64,000 nucleotides of DNA from Chloroflexia bacterium (GCA_043427975.1 JBHWTK010000013.1:95404-159403), one strand, 5' to 3'. Shown: positions 9,101-18,677, numbered from the stretch's first letter. Notes: generated by a model from the letters alone, not told the origin. Numbers and translations: made by a program.

Positions 9101-10693
9101 ATGCAATACCTCGCAATCGTGCCGATTCTCGCCTTCCTTATCGTTATCCACGAACTCGGCCACTTCTTTGCCGCCCGTAGTGTGGGGGTGAAAGTCGAAG
9201 AATTCGGCATCGGCCTGCCGCCCCGCGTGAAAGGCTGGCGCAGGAACGGCGTGCTCTGGAGCCTGAACGCGCTGCCCATTGGCGGGTTTGTACGCGTCAA
9301 GGGCGAGGATGCCAACGATCGTGAGCCGGGCTCCATGCAGGTTGTTTCAGCCTGGGCGCGCGGCTGGTTCCTGATCGCCGGCCCGCTGGCCAACCTCGCA
9401 GCGGCGGTCGTGATCTCCATCCTCCTTGTGGCTACCACCGGCGTGCAGGTGGAGCGGCCGTTTATCAGCACCGTCGAGCCGAACTCGCCCGCGCAACAGG
9501 CAGGCTGGCAGCCCGGCGACCGGATTGTCTCCATCGATGGCGAGGATATTGGCACCACCCAGGAAGCGATTGAGGTCGTCCGCGCAAATGTCGGCGATGA
9601 GACAACCGTTGTTATCCAGCGTGGCAGCGAGACCATCGAAACCAGCGTTACCCCGCGCGAGAACCCGCCGCAAGGGCAGGGGAGCACCGGAATCACCTTT
9701 GGCGATGGCCGGTTCAGCAACGTCCAGGTGGATTCGGTGCGCCCGCATACGCCGGCGGCCGAGGCCGGGATGCAGCCGGGGGACGAGATCGTTGCCATTA
9801 ACGGTATTGAGATCGAGGCGATGGCGCAGGCGATCGGGATCCTGGATGCCTCCATCGGTGGCGAGGTTTCGCTGACCTACGAACGCGATGGCGAGCAGAA
9901 CACGGTTACAGTGCAGGTGCCGGATGCGTCGTTACCGGTAACGGCGGTCGAGCCGGGATCACCTGCGCACAAGGCTGAGTTGTACGCCACGGACGAGATC
10001 ACCAGCATCAATGGCGAACCGGTTACGACTGGCCAGGCGTTCATTTCCAGCCTGATGGAGTCGGCCGGTGAGACCGTGGAGATCGGCTACGTCCGCACAA
10101 CCGACAACGGCCCGGTTGAGCTCACCACCTCAATGACCATTCCGCCAGTGGATCAGTTGGAACGCTCGCAGGTGTTGCCACACGTTGGGCTTTCATTACT
10201 GCAACCATCCGGTTTCCACGAGATCGGCATAGAGCCGATCGGCCATATCGTGTACGAATCCGTTCCTGCCAGCCGGGTTATCCCGGAAGGGTGGAACCAA
10301 TTCACGTTCCTGATCACCGGCACCGTTGATGCGCTCCGCACGGTGTTCACTGGTGGCGCAGCGCTGGACAGCTTTGTCGGCCCGATTGGTATGGGCCAGA
10401 TGACCGGAGAGCTGCTGGACGCCGCCAACGGCAACGCGCTGCCGATCCTGCTCAACCTGACCATGCTCATTTCGATTTCACTCGGCCTGTTTAACCTGCT
10501 CCCCATCCCGGCGTTGGATGGTGGCCGGCTGGTGTTTGTGGTGCTGGAAATCCTGCGTGGTGGCAAGCGCGTGCCACCGGAGAAAGAGGGCGCTGTCCAC
10601 ATGGTGGGTATGCTGCTGCTGCTCGGTCTGATTTTCGTGATCGCGTTTGGTGATATCAACCGGCTGATCGATGGCGATTCGATGTTCCGTTAA
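9101..10693 (+). CDS. rseP: RIP metalloprotease (site-2 protease, M50, RseP-like) with three PDZ-like modules
   Basis: HELGHF sits at the N-terminus and NLLPIPALDGGR near the C-terminus. Start re-picked at ATG 9101 (MQYLAIVPILAFLIVIHELGHF). The track ORF from 8927 adds an implausible leader. Confidence 0.85.
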   Translation: MQYLAIVPILAFLIVIHELGHFFAARSVGVKVEEFGIGLPPRVKGWRRNGVLWSLNALPIGGFVRVKGEDANDREPGSMQVVSAWARGWFLIAGPLANLAAAVVISILLVATTGVQVERPFISTVEPNSPAQQAGWQPGDRIVSIDGEDIGTTQEAIEVVRANVGDETTVVIQRGSETIETSVTPRENPPQGQGSTGITFGDGRFSNVQVDSVRPHTPAAEAGMQPGDEIVAINGIEIEAMAQAIGILDASIGGEVSLTYERDGEQNTVTVQVPDASLPVTAVEPGSPAHKAELYATDEITSINGEPVTTGQAFISSLMESAGETVEIGYVRTTDNGPVELTTSMTIPPVDQLERSQVLPHVGLSLLQPSGFHEIGIEPIGHIVYESVPASRVIPEGWNQFTFLITGTVDALRTVFTGGAALDSFVGPIGMGQMTGELLDAANGNALPILLNLTMLISISLGLFNLLPIPALDGGRLVFVVLEILRGGKRVPPEKEGAVHMVGMLLLLGLIFVIAFGDINRLIDGDSMFR

Positions 10694-10788
10694 CAGGACC
10701 TTCGTGAAGTCCCTCACGAACTAACCTATAATAAGAGGTGCGGGCGGACACGCCTGCGCAGAACTGACCCGGAGGTCTACCTACACTC

Positions 10789-11970
10789 ATGTCACTCCTC
10801 GCCCCACGTCGAAAAACCCGCGAACTTATGGTTGGTAATGTCGGTGTCGGCGGACACAATCCCATCCGCGTGCAGAGCATGGCCACTGCCGATACGCGCG
10901 ATCCCAAGGCAACGCTGGAGCAAATCCAGGGCTTGGCCGATGTCGGCTGCGAGATCGTGCGCGTTGCCGTGCTGGATCGCAAGGCCGCCGCGGCGTTGCC
11001 CGATATCGTTCCGCACAGCCCCGTGCCGTTGATCGCCGATATCCATTTTGAGCACACCCTGGCACTGAAGGCCATGGAGGCTGGAATCCACGGCTTGCGC
11101 CTGAACCCCGGCAACATCCGCAAGGAAGAAGACGTGCGGGAAGTGGTGGCGATGGCGAAGGAGAAGCGCATCCCGATCCGCATCGGGGTGAACTTCGGCT
11201 CCGTTGCCCCCATGACTGCCGAATTCGTCGATGAAATGGCCCAGGTCGGTGCCAGCCAGTTGGAACTGCGCGCTGAATGGCTGGTGCGGTCCGCGCTTGG
11301 CCACATCCGCATCCTGGAAGACCTCGATTTCTACGACACCAAGGTGAGCCTGAAGGCGTTTGAGGTGCCGGTGTTGGTCGAGGCGTATCGCCGCTTCGCG
11401 CTGTTGGACAACGACTACCCGCTGCACGTCGGCGTTACTGAAGCCGGTACCCCGCGCGCCGGATCCGTGCGCTCGGCGGTTGGCATTGGCACCATCCTGG
11501 CAATGGGTATTGGCGATACCATCCGCGTATCGCTCACCACCGATCCGAAGGAAGAAGTCTTCGTCGGCTACGAGATCCTCAAGAGCCTTGAACTGCGGCA
11601 GAAGGGCGCGACCATGATCGCCTGCCCGACCTGTGGCCGGGTGCAGGTTGACCTGTTCAAGCTGGCTAACGACGTCGACAAGGTGCTCGAGAACATCGAT
11701 GAGCCGATCCGCGTCGCGGTGATGGGCTGTATCGTGAACGGCCCGGGTGAGGCGAAGGATGCCGATGTTGGTATCGCCGCCGGTGCCGGCAAAGGCATCA
11801 TTTTCCGCAAGGGCAAGATTGTGAAGAACGTGCTCGAGGCGGACATGCTGGACGAGCTGACGAAGGAAATCCACGCGGTGATCGAGGATCGCAAGAACGG
11901 CATCTTCGATGAGCCAGAGGATGAAGGCACCGGCGCCTACCGCCCAACGATCCCGTTGGTGCAGGTGTAA
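10789..11970 (+). CDS. ispG: 4-hydroxy-3-methylbut-2-en-1-yl diphosphate synthase
   Basis: TRELMVGNVGVGGHNPIRVQSM, IADIHF, GLRLNPGNI, and the CPTCGR...GCIVNGPGE Fe-S cysteines. Confidence 0.95.
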   Translation: MSLLAPRRKTRELMVGNVGVGGHNPIRVQSMATADTRDPKATLEQIQGLADVGCEIVRVAVLDRKAAAALPDIVPHSPVPLIADIHFEHTLALKAMEAGIHGLRLNPGNIRKEEDVREVVAMAKEKRIPIRIGVNFGSVAPMTAEFVDEMAQVGASQLELRAEWLVRSALGHIRILEDLDFYDTKVSLKAFEVPVLVEAYRRFALLDNDYPLHVGVTEAGTPRAGSVRSAVGIGTILAMGIGDTIRVSLTTDPKEEVFVGYEILKSLELRQKGATMIACPTCGRVQVDLFKLANDVDKVLENIDEPIRVAVMGCIVNGPGEAKDADVGIAAGAGKGIIFRKGKIVKNVLEADMLDELTKEIHAVIEDRKNGIFDEPEDEGTGAYRPTIPLVQV

Positions 11971-12113
11971 GGGGCGGGATTCCATCACCGCGGACCTAAT
12001 TACAGGGTCGGCACCTCAACGGGCGGATACCGGTCGGGGCACGCTTCGCTGCGCGGCTACGCCGCGGCCGCCTGCGGCGCGGACCGGATCTACCCCTACA
12101 TTCTTGCTCTGGT

Positions 12114-13088
12114 CTAGATCTCCCGGTTGATATCCACCAACGCCTCGCGTAACGCCATGGTGGCGTCGTTGCTGACGGCGGTGATGCGGATGTGCCGGCG
12201 CAGGTTGGCGTCTGGTGGCACATGGACGGCGATGCCGCGATCCGCCAGGCCCTGCACCACCTGTTCCCGGGTGCCGCGTTCAATACGCGCCAGCAGCGCG
12301 TTGCTCCAGCTGGGATAGGGCACGCTCAGGATGCTCATTTTGCGCATCTCGCGCCAGAGCTGGCCCTTGAGCCGTGCCGTCTGGCGTTCGGCGACGTGAG
12401 TATTCATGGTGCCGTAGGCCAGCACCTCCTGCACGGTTTCCGGTGGCAACGGCGCCAGGTAGCGGGAGATTTCCGCCCGGTGCTCCGGAGGATGGATCAT
12501 CCACGCGAACTCCTGCGTTTGGCCGGGCATGATGAACGGGAACCGCTGGACGGTGACCACGTTCTCCCATTCCGAAGCCAGCGGCGTCAGGCGGCGGGAA
12601 CTGAAGCCGGTGAGGCGCTCATCGATCACCACCAGCGCGAAATGCCGCGCCAGCCGCACGATCTCCTGTACTGTGCCGATACGCCCGGAGATGCCGTTCG
12701 GACTGCTCAGCACCAGCGTTGTCCGCCGGTCGTGCTGGAGCAGTTCCTCGACCGGGATCCGGAAACCGTTCAGCAGGTTCACATCGGTAGCAAGCCCGTT
12801 GTAGGGCGAGAGCGCGTCGTCATCGGGCACCAGGCGGATAAATCCGTCCCGGTTGCGCCAGCGGATGATTGCCCGGTGGGCGGCCTGCACGCCGTTGGCA
12901 GGGCTCCACATGTTCCGCGCAAAGCGGGACGCCATTTCGGGCGGGAGTTGTCCGCCCGGGTGGCCGCTGAGCTGGCGAACCGTGATGGTCCGGCCAACAT
13001 CCACCATATCGTTCACCGGCTCGGGAAGATCGGCGAACTGGGCAGGCAACGGCAACAGCAGTTGCGAGAGATCGTAGCGAATGCTCAT
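12114..13088 (-). CDS. HisC-fold aminotransferase-like protein lacking the PLP-lysine (probable pseudoenzyme)
   Basis: Collinear with class-II aminotransferases: SSPNGISG vs PNNPTG, VVIDERLTGF vs VVxDEAYxEF, IRITAVSND vs LRITVGT. The SK-lysine position reads RFPFIMPG instead. The start overlaps the upstream stop (ATGA at 13085..13088). Confidence 0.7.
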   Translation of the reverse strand: MSIRYDLSQLLLPLPAQFADLPEPVNDMVDVGRTITVRQLSGHPGGQLPPEMASRFARNMWSPANGVQAAHRAIIRWRNRDGFIRLVPDDDALSPYNGLATDVNLLNGFRIPVEELLQHDRRTTLVLSSPNGISGRIGTVQEIVRLARHFALVVIDERLTGFSSRRLTPLASEWENVVTVQRFPFIMPGQTQEFAWMIHPPEHRAEISRYLAPLPPETVQEVLAYGTMNTHVAERQTARLKGQLWREMRKMSILSVPYPSWSNALLARIERGTREQVVQGLADRGIAVHVPPDANLRRHIRITAVSNDATMALREALVDINREI

Positions 13089-13906
13089 CGCACGTCGCTT
13101 TCGCGGACAGACGTCGCGGGCTCCATGCCGGCGATCGGGCGCAGGCCGGTCGATTCCACCGTGCCATCGGCGCGGAGCGTCAGCAGCCGGATTCCCTGCG
13201 TTACCTGCAGCGCCACGTTCCGCACCGGCACACCGGCCTCGGTAGTGCCGACCTCGTTACCGAGGTGCGCGTGGCCATGGACCACCAGCGTGGGCGCGAA
13301 CTCGTCGATGGTGGTGCCGAGCAGGGCGTTGCCCAGCATCCAGTACTTCAATGGTGGCTCGCTGCCGAGCGTGGATGGGGTAGGGGTGAAATGTGTCATC
13401 ACGACCAGCATATCCGGTTCCTGATGACTCAGGTGCGTGAGCACCTTGCGCAGGCGGGCAGATTCGCGCCGGCTTTTCATCATCACCGCGCGGGTGAAGC
13501 GCACACCGCCACCGAACTCCTCGGTTCCGGGCCGGAACCCGCCGCCGGTACCGGTGACCCCGGCGATGGCGAGGGTGCAATGCCCCGGCAGCTCCACCAG
13601 CGCGCCACTGGCATCCAGAACACGGACGCCGATATCGCGCAGGACCCGGATTTGCGCCGAGCGCCGGACGTTGCGGCGATCGTGATTGCCCAGGATCGCG
13701 AACACCGGGATCGGCACCGTCGCCAGTACCTCGGCCAGTTGTTCCATCTCCACCAGCCGGCCCATTTCGGTGAGGTCCCCCGCGATCAGCAATACATCGG
13801 CATCCTGCTGGATACCGTGAAGCGCCCGCCGCAATGGCGAGAGATCCTGGTTGGTGCGGATGTGCAGATCGGCGATGGCGGCGATCCGGACCGGCGATGC
13901 AGACAC
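13085..13906 (-). CDS. Metallophosphoesterase (calcineurin-like)
   Basis: IAAIADLHI, LLIAGDLTE, LGNHD, VVMTHF, VVHGHAHLG motifs; 273 aa. Confidence 0.8.
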   Translation of the reverse strand: MSASPVRIAAIADLHIRTNQDLSPLRRALHGIQQDADVLLIAGDLTEMGRLVEMEQLAEVLATVPIPVFAILGNHDRRNVRRSAQIRVLRDIGVRVLDASGALVELPGHCTLAIAGVTGTGGGFRPGTEEFGGGVRFTRAVMMKSRRESARLRKVLTHLSHQEPDMLVVMTHFTPTPSTLGSEPPLKYWMLGNALLGTTIDEFAPTLVVHGHAHLGNEVGTTEAGVPVRNVALQVTQGIRLLTLRADGTVESTGLRPIAGMEPATSVRESDVR

Positions 13907-14080
13907 GGGAACAAAACCTTGCGAGCTACGGGCGATTGTCAGCGGTTAATCCTAGCAGACGAGGATATTCTCACAGCCCGCGAGTTCTGGCCAGCGGTAG
14001 CCCATGGAGCCGGCAGACGCCTATACTGAACGACGAACGCGCCCTGCGAGGCTGGCGCGTGCCCGGCCCACGAGATCGAG

Positions 14081-15295
14081 ATGCAAGCCCTTATGACCAC
14101 CCTGCGCACCTGTCCATTGCGGCTCCGAACAGCTGTCACCTGGTTGATGGTGATGGTTTTCCTGATCCAGCCGCTGCGGGTTCACGGTGCCGAAACCCTT
14201 GTCAGCCCCATTGCTGCGCCGGCGGTATCCGCCGAGGCAATCTATGTGATGGACGCTACCAGCGGCATCCCGCTGTACAGCAAGAACCCCGATGAACGTC
14301 GGCCGATCGGCTCGGTGGTGAAGATCATGACCGCGCTGGTGACGCTGAAGTACGTCGAGAACCCGGACCAGGAGCGTGTGAAGATCATCGAAGACGATTT
14401 GGTTGATACCGCCATCTGGTCCAATATGAATTTGAACGCAGGCGACACCCTCACGGTGACGCAGTTGCTCTACGGCCTGATGCTGCCCAGCGGTGGCGAT
14501 GCCGCCAACGCGCTCTGCCGTCATGTGGGGGCCATCATTAGCGGCATCGAGGGCCAGCCCGGTATCGCCTGTGAATCGTTCGTGAACCAGATGAACGCCT
14601 ACGCCGCCGAACTGGGGCTGGACAACAGTCGCTTCACCAATGCCGATGGAGCCGACGCCGCAAACGCCTACTCATCCGCCCAGGATGTGTATCTGATGAC
14701 CGAAGCGATGATGCAAAACGACAAACTGATGGACATCATCCAGAACAATGCCTATCAGTTCCATTCAGTTGGCCCGGAGAATCGGCTCTACGCAAAGGAT
14801 TCCACCCTGTCGCAATACCTTACCAACGGCATCATCGGCGGCAAGACGGGTAGCGAGATTCTTGCGGGTGGAAACGTCTCTGCAATCCGGGAAGTGAACG
14901 GTGGAAGCAATCGGGTTGTGATTGTCGTGATGGGTGCAACACTACGGACCGACGAAGCTACTGGGGAAACGGTCGATACCCGCTGGGACGATGTGAACGC
15001 GATTATCTCCGCCATGGACAGCCAGTTCACCTGGACCGATCCGTCGCAGGCAGGAGTGATTCCCGGCCTGAGCGAGCAGATGATGGTGTGGGATGTCCGC
15101 CTGCAGGACCCGCCCGCCATCCCCGTGCCAACCGGAACCGGAGTGAATATCGCGTTCCAGATGCAGGTCGGCCCGGTTGTGGACGCTGGCGAACCCGCGG
15201 GCACATTGCATCTGTTCTACGGTGATACCCCGGTCGGGGAGCTGCCGTTGTACCAGGCGGAAATCGGCTGGAGAGAAGGGCAGGTGGCCCGATGA
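14081..15295 (+). CDS. D-alanyl-D-alanine carboxypeptidase (serine-type, PBP5/DacB-like), secreted
   Basis: Signal/anchor segment, SxxK active site in RRPIGSVVKIMTAL, SGGDAANAL (SxN region), KTGS box (GGKTGSE). Confidence 0.85.
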   Translation: MQALMTTLRTCPLRLRTAVTWLMVMVFLIQPLRVHGAETLVSPIAAPAVSAEAIYVMDATSGIPLYSKNPDERRPIGSVVKIMTALVTLKYVENPDQERVKIIEDDLVDTAIWSNMNLNAGDTLTVTQLLYGLMLPSGGDAANALCRHVGAIISGIEGQPGIACESFVNQMNAYAAELGLDNSRFTNADGADAANAYSSAQDVYLMTEAMMQNDKLMDIIQNNAYQFHSVGPENRLYAKDSTLSQYLTNGIIGGKTGSEILAGGNVSAIREVNGGSNRVVIVVMGATLRTDEATGETVDTRWDDVNAIISAMDSQFTWTDPSQAGVIPGLSEQMMVWDVRLQDPPAIPVPTGTGVNIAFQMQVGPVVDAGEPAGTLHLFYGDTPVGELPLYQAEIGWREGQVAR

Positions 15296-16365
15296 CCGGT
15301 GCAAACCAAAACGACCAGCAGGGTGAACGGTTGCAACGCGTGCTGAGCCAGCGAGGGGTAGCCAGCAGGCGAGCGAGCGAGCAACTCATCACCGAGGGCC
15401 GGGTGCAGGTGAACGGCGTGGTCGTGACCGAGTTGGGTACGCGCGTGCATCCGACAAAGGACCGCATCACGGTCGACGGCAAGGCGATAGGCCGCCAGAA
15501 ACCGCGGTACCTGGTGCTGAACAAGCCGCCCGGTTTTATTACCACCACCAACGATGAGCGAAGCCGATGGACGGTGATGGACCTTATCTCCGTGCAGGAG
15601 CGCGTCTATCCCATTGGCCGGCTCGACCGGGAAACCCAGGGACTGTTGCTATTTACCAACGATGGCGAGGTGGCCAACCGGGTCATGCACCCGCGCTACC
15701 GGCTTTCGAAGGAATACCACGTTGTGACCGACAGGCGGCCCAGCGATGGCCAGTTGCAGGAGTTGCGCGACGGTATCCTGATTGACGAGACACTGGTAGT
15801 GCCCGATGACGTGCGCCTGATGCGCGAGACCGCCGAAGGCATCATCATTCGACTGGTGCTGCACGAGGGGATGTTCCACGTTGTCCGGCGAATGATGGAC
15901 AAGGTACGGATCGAGGTCGTGAAGCTGCGACGGCACCGCATCGGTCCGATCTCGGTCACCGGTATCCCGCTGGGTGCCTGGCGCGACCTCACACCGGGTG
16001 AACTGGAGCAGCTGTTCCAGGCCATCGGCCTCAGTGCTGAGGATGCCAACACTGCCAATGCGCGCCGCCCGATGCAATTGGACCCGGTGGGTGGATACTC
16101 GCCGCCGCCGAAGATCCGTCAGCCCAAACGGTATGCAGAAGTAGCGCGGCATCGCGAGAACCTGGAGCGGAGCGAATCCCGGCCGAAGCGGCGCATCGCC
16201 GCGAGGCCTTCACGCAACCGTGACAGCGACCCGCGCGAAGGGTCTGGCTTCGGCTCATCATCATCCGCCGGCAAGCGCGCCGCGATATCCAGCAGGAGAG
16301 GCACGAGTGGTAAAACACGATCACAGCAAAGTCATCGCAATCGACGGCCCGGCGGCAGCCGGTAA
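15292..16365 (+). CDS. Pseudouridine synthase, RsuA/RluB family, with a long basic C-terminal tail
   Basis: S4 domain (RLQRVLSQRGVASRRASEQLITEGRVQVNG) and catalytic GRLDRETQGLLLFTNDG. ATGA overlap with the preceding gene. The tail overlaps cmk by 59 nt in another frame. Confidence 0.85.
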   Translation: MTGANQNDQQGERLQRVLSQRGVASRRASEQLITEGRVQVNGVVVTELGTRVHPTKDRITVDGKAIGRQKPRYLVLNKPPGFITTTNDERSRWTVMDLISVQERVYPIGRLDRETQGLLLFTNDGEVANRVMHPRYRLSKEYHVVTDRRPSDGQLQELRDGILIDETLVVPDDVRLMRETAEGIIIRLVLHEGMFHVVRRMMDKVRIEVVKLRRHRIGPISVTGIPLGAWRDLTPGELEQLFQAIGLSAEDANTANARRPMQLDPVGGYSPPPKIRQPKRYAEVARHRENLERSESRPKRRIAARPSRNRDSDPREGSGFGSSSSAGKRAAISSRRGTSGKTRSQQSHRNRRPGGSR

Positions 16366-17011
16366 AACTACCGTTGCCCATGAGTTGGCCGATTCGCTTG
16401 GCATCCTGCTGTTCGATACCGGTGCGCTCTACCGCTGCGTAACGCTGAAGGCCATCCGCAAGGATATCGACCTGGACGACGAGAAAGCGCTGGCCAAGAT
16501 CGCCCGCAAGGCGAAAATCCGCCTCAAGCGCGCCAGTGTGGACGATGGCCGCGCCGCTGATGTGCTGCTGGACGGCGAGGATGTCACCTGGACCATTCGC
16601 CAGCCCGAGGTCGATGCCAATGTCAGCAAGGTAGCCGCGTACCCGAGCGTGCGCGAGGCCCTGCTGGCTGTGCAGCGTGAGAACGCCGACGGCCACGCCG
16701 TGGTGATGGTGGGCCGCGATATCGGCACGGTGGTGACGCCGGATGCCGGCACCAAGATTTACCTCTACGCCACCGTGGAAGAACGGGCGCGTCGTCGCTA
16801 CCAGGATATGCGACGGCAGGGTGAGGAAATGGATTACCTCACCGTGCTGGATGAATTGCGCGAGCGCGATTTCAAGGATTCCACCCGTATCACGGCACCC
16901 CTGAAGGCAGCCGACGATGCGATTCGCATCAAGACAGACGGACTGGCGGTGGATGAGGTTGTCGGGCAGATCGAGCGCCTGGTGCGCGAGCGATGGGCGG
17001 CAAGCGCATGA
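16307..17011 (+). CDS. cmk: Cytidylate kinase
   Basis: VIAIDGPAAAGKTTVA P-loop. GTG start at 16307 is preceded by AGGAGAG. The track ORF from 16220 is an upstream extension. Confidence 0.9.
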   Translation: MVKHDHSKVIAIDGPAAAGKTTVAHELADSLGILLFDTGALYRCVTLKAIRKDIDLDDEKALAKIARKAKIRLKRASVDDGRAADVLLDGEDVTWTIRQPEVDANVSKVAAYPSVREALLAVQRENADGHAVVMVGRDIGTVVTPDAGTKIYLYATVEERARRRYQDMRRQGEEMDYLTVLDELRERDFKDSTRITAPLKAADDAIRIKTDGLAVDEVVGQIERLVRERWAASA

Positions 17012-17715
17012 GCGACCGCGACACGATGCTGAAGGGCAAAATTCGTCCGGCCACCTTCCGGGTCGTCAGCAAAACCGTGGCATTCCTCTGTCGCATCCTG
17101 TTTGGGTTGCGTATTAAGGGCCAGGACAACATCCCGGCAGAAGGTGGCTTTATCCTGGTCGGGAACCACCTGCATAACCTGGATCCGGTATTCATGCTCA
17201 CTGCCAGCACCCGGCCGGTGTATTTCATGGCCAAGCAGGAACTCTTCGGATTCCCGGTAATCAAGCAGATCATTACCTGGGTAGGGGCGTTCCCCGTTAA
17301 TCGGGGCAAGATGGACCGGTCGGCCATCCGGCAAGGTCAGGATGTGTTGAAGGCCGGTATTGGCCTGGGTATCTACCCTGAGGGTACCCGCAGCCTGAGT
17401 CGACAAATCGAACGGGCGCTCCCAGGCGCGGGGTTGTTCGCCACAGGCGGCGATTATCCCATTGTCCCGTGCGCCATCACCGGCAGCGAGCGCGTGCCGT
17501 TCAATGGAGCCAAGGGCAAGGGCGAGCTGCCAGAGCGCGATCCTGGCCACAAGGGAGTTCTGGTGCAGTTCGGCGAACCATTCCGCCTGCCGGAAGAGAT
17601 CAACGGCAAGAAGGTGAACGCGACAGCTGCCGCTGATTACATGATGCGCAAGGTCGCCGAAATGCTTCCGCCGGATTACCGAGGGATATACGGGGAAGAC
17701 TCCGCCAACGCTTGA
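17008..17715 (+). CDS. plsC: 1-acyl-sn-glycerol-3-phosphate acyltransferase
   Basis: NHLHNLD (HxxxxD) and YPEGTRS motifs. ATG 17008 overlaps the cmk stop (ATGA). An alternative start at 16993 is possible. Confidence 0.85.
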   Translation: MSDRDTMLKGKIRPATFRVVSKTVAFLCRILFGLRIKGQDNIPAEGGFILVGNHLHNLDPVFMLTASTRPVYFMAKQELFGFPVIKQIITWVGAFPVNRGKMDRSAIRQGQDVLKAGIGLGIYPEGTRSLSRQIERALPGAGLFATGGDYPIVPCAITGSERVPFNGAKGKGELPERDPGHKGVLVQFGEPFRLPEEINGKKVNATAAADYMMRKVAEMLPPDYRGIYGEDSANA

Positions 17716-17996
17716 CCGCCTACCACCACGTGGGTGGTTCACCAGGATATTGTGATGTTCCTCCCAGTGCGGTGAACTTCCTTGGCGTTCCGGATGTGCT
17801 TAGGCCCACTCACGGCGTTCTATTCCCATGATATAACCCAGGTGTTTTCTCCAGACTGTCGGGGTATGGCCGCGGTTTCATCCCGCACCGGTCCATCCTC
17901 GACTGGCATAGACCTTGCAGAATGCCCATCGAAACTGTGCTGGCATGGAAACAGCTTCATGCGCCAAATCGCCTGATTGCCGGGCGCACGCTCATC

Positions 17997-18023
17997 TTAT
18001 GGAGAACCAGTTATGGAGAACCA
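17997..18023 (+). repeat. Tandem duplication of a 13-nt SD+ATG block (TTATGGAGAACCA, 14-nt period)
   Basis: Copies at 17997..18009 and 18011..18023 are identical. They lie immediately 5' of ATG 18027. Confidence 0.8.
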
Positions 18024-18026
18024 CGT

Positions 18027-18677
18027 ATGAAACGAGCGATCTTCCTTTTCCTCACCATCCTGTTGGTCGTCGGGAGCGGTATTGCCACGGCGTCAGCCAA
18101 GGACCACAAGAATGACAAGGAAACGAAAGAGGAGACCAAGGTAACCGCCGAGGCCTGTAAGAAGAACGGCTGGCGGGACCTGGAGGACGCTGATGGCAAC
18201 CCCTTCAAGAACCAGGGGCAATGCGTACGCTACGCCAAACAGGGCGGTGAGGTGAAAGCAATCGAGCCAGGCGAGGACGATGAATTTGTGCTTCAGGAAG
18301 CAGGTACCGGCGACAAGATTCTTGCTCCGACCGTGACCGCTGTCAGTGTGGCAACCAGGGAACCTGCGGCACCTGTGCTGGAGATCGTCGATGGCAGAGA
18401 ACCGTGGAACGGCTACCTGGAAGGCTCCGGCTTCTCGCCAGGCGAAACGCTGACGAAAGTAACCTTCACGAGTGATCGCGAAACCCTCAACCTCACCAAC
18501 CCGGTCGGGACCGAGATCAACGAAGATGGCACGTTCACCACTGAGCGGATCATCTACTGGTGCACTGAATACGACGGTTACGGTGAAACCACCGGAACTG
18601 TCACGGTAGAGGATTCTTCCGGCGGCACCTTTAGCCAGACGTTCGATATGGCCACGCATTGTGGCCAGGATGACTAG
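18027..18677 (+). CDS. Hypothetical secreted protein
   Basis: Start re-picked at ATG 18027 (MKRAIFLFLTILLVVGSGIATASA|KDHK, a classic signal peptide) with a GGAG SD. No family recognised. Confidence 0.6.
   Translation: MKRAIFLFLTILLVVGSGIATASAKDHKNDKETKEETKVTAEACKKNGWRDLEDADGNPFKNQGQCVRYAKQGGEVKAIEPGEDDEFVLQEAGTGDKILAPTVTAVSVATREPAAPVLEIVDGREPWNGYLEGSGFSPGETLTKVTFTSDRETLNLTNPVGTEINEDGTFTTERIIYWCTEYDGYGETTGTVTVEDSSGGTFSQTFDMATHCGQDD

Noticed and set aside
10792-11988. 398-aa ORF antisense to ispG. The same pattern occurs at 5199..6515 (glyQS), 35676..37214 (argG), 50859..52487 (murE), 57324..58934 (lepA), 62447..63937 (fabF), 54139..55146 (aspS), 44109..45545 (membrane protein) and 42729..43370 / 43372..44256 (rarA)
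   Set aside because: Each lies opposite a gene with unmistakable family motifs. Long stop-free antisense frames are expected at this GC content.
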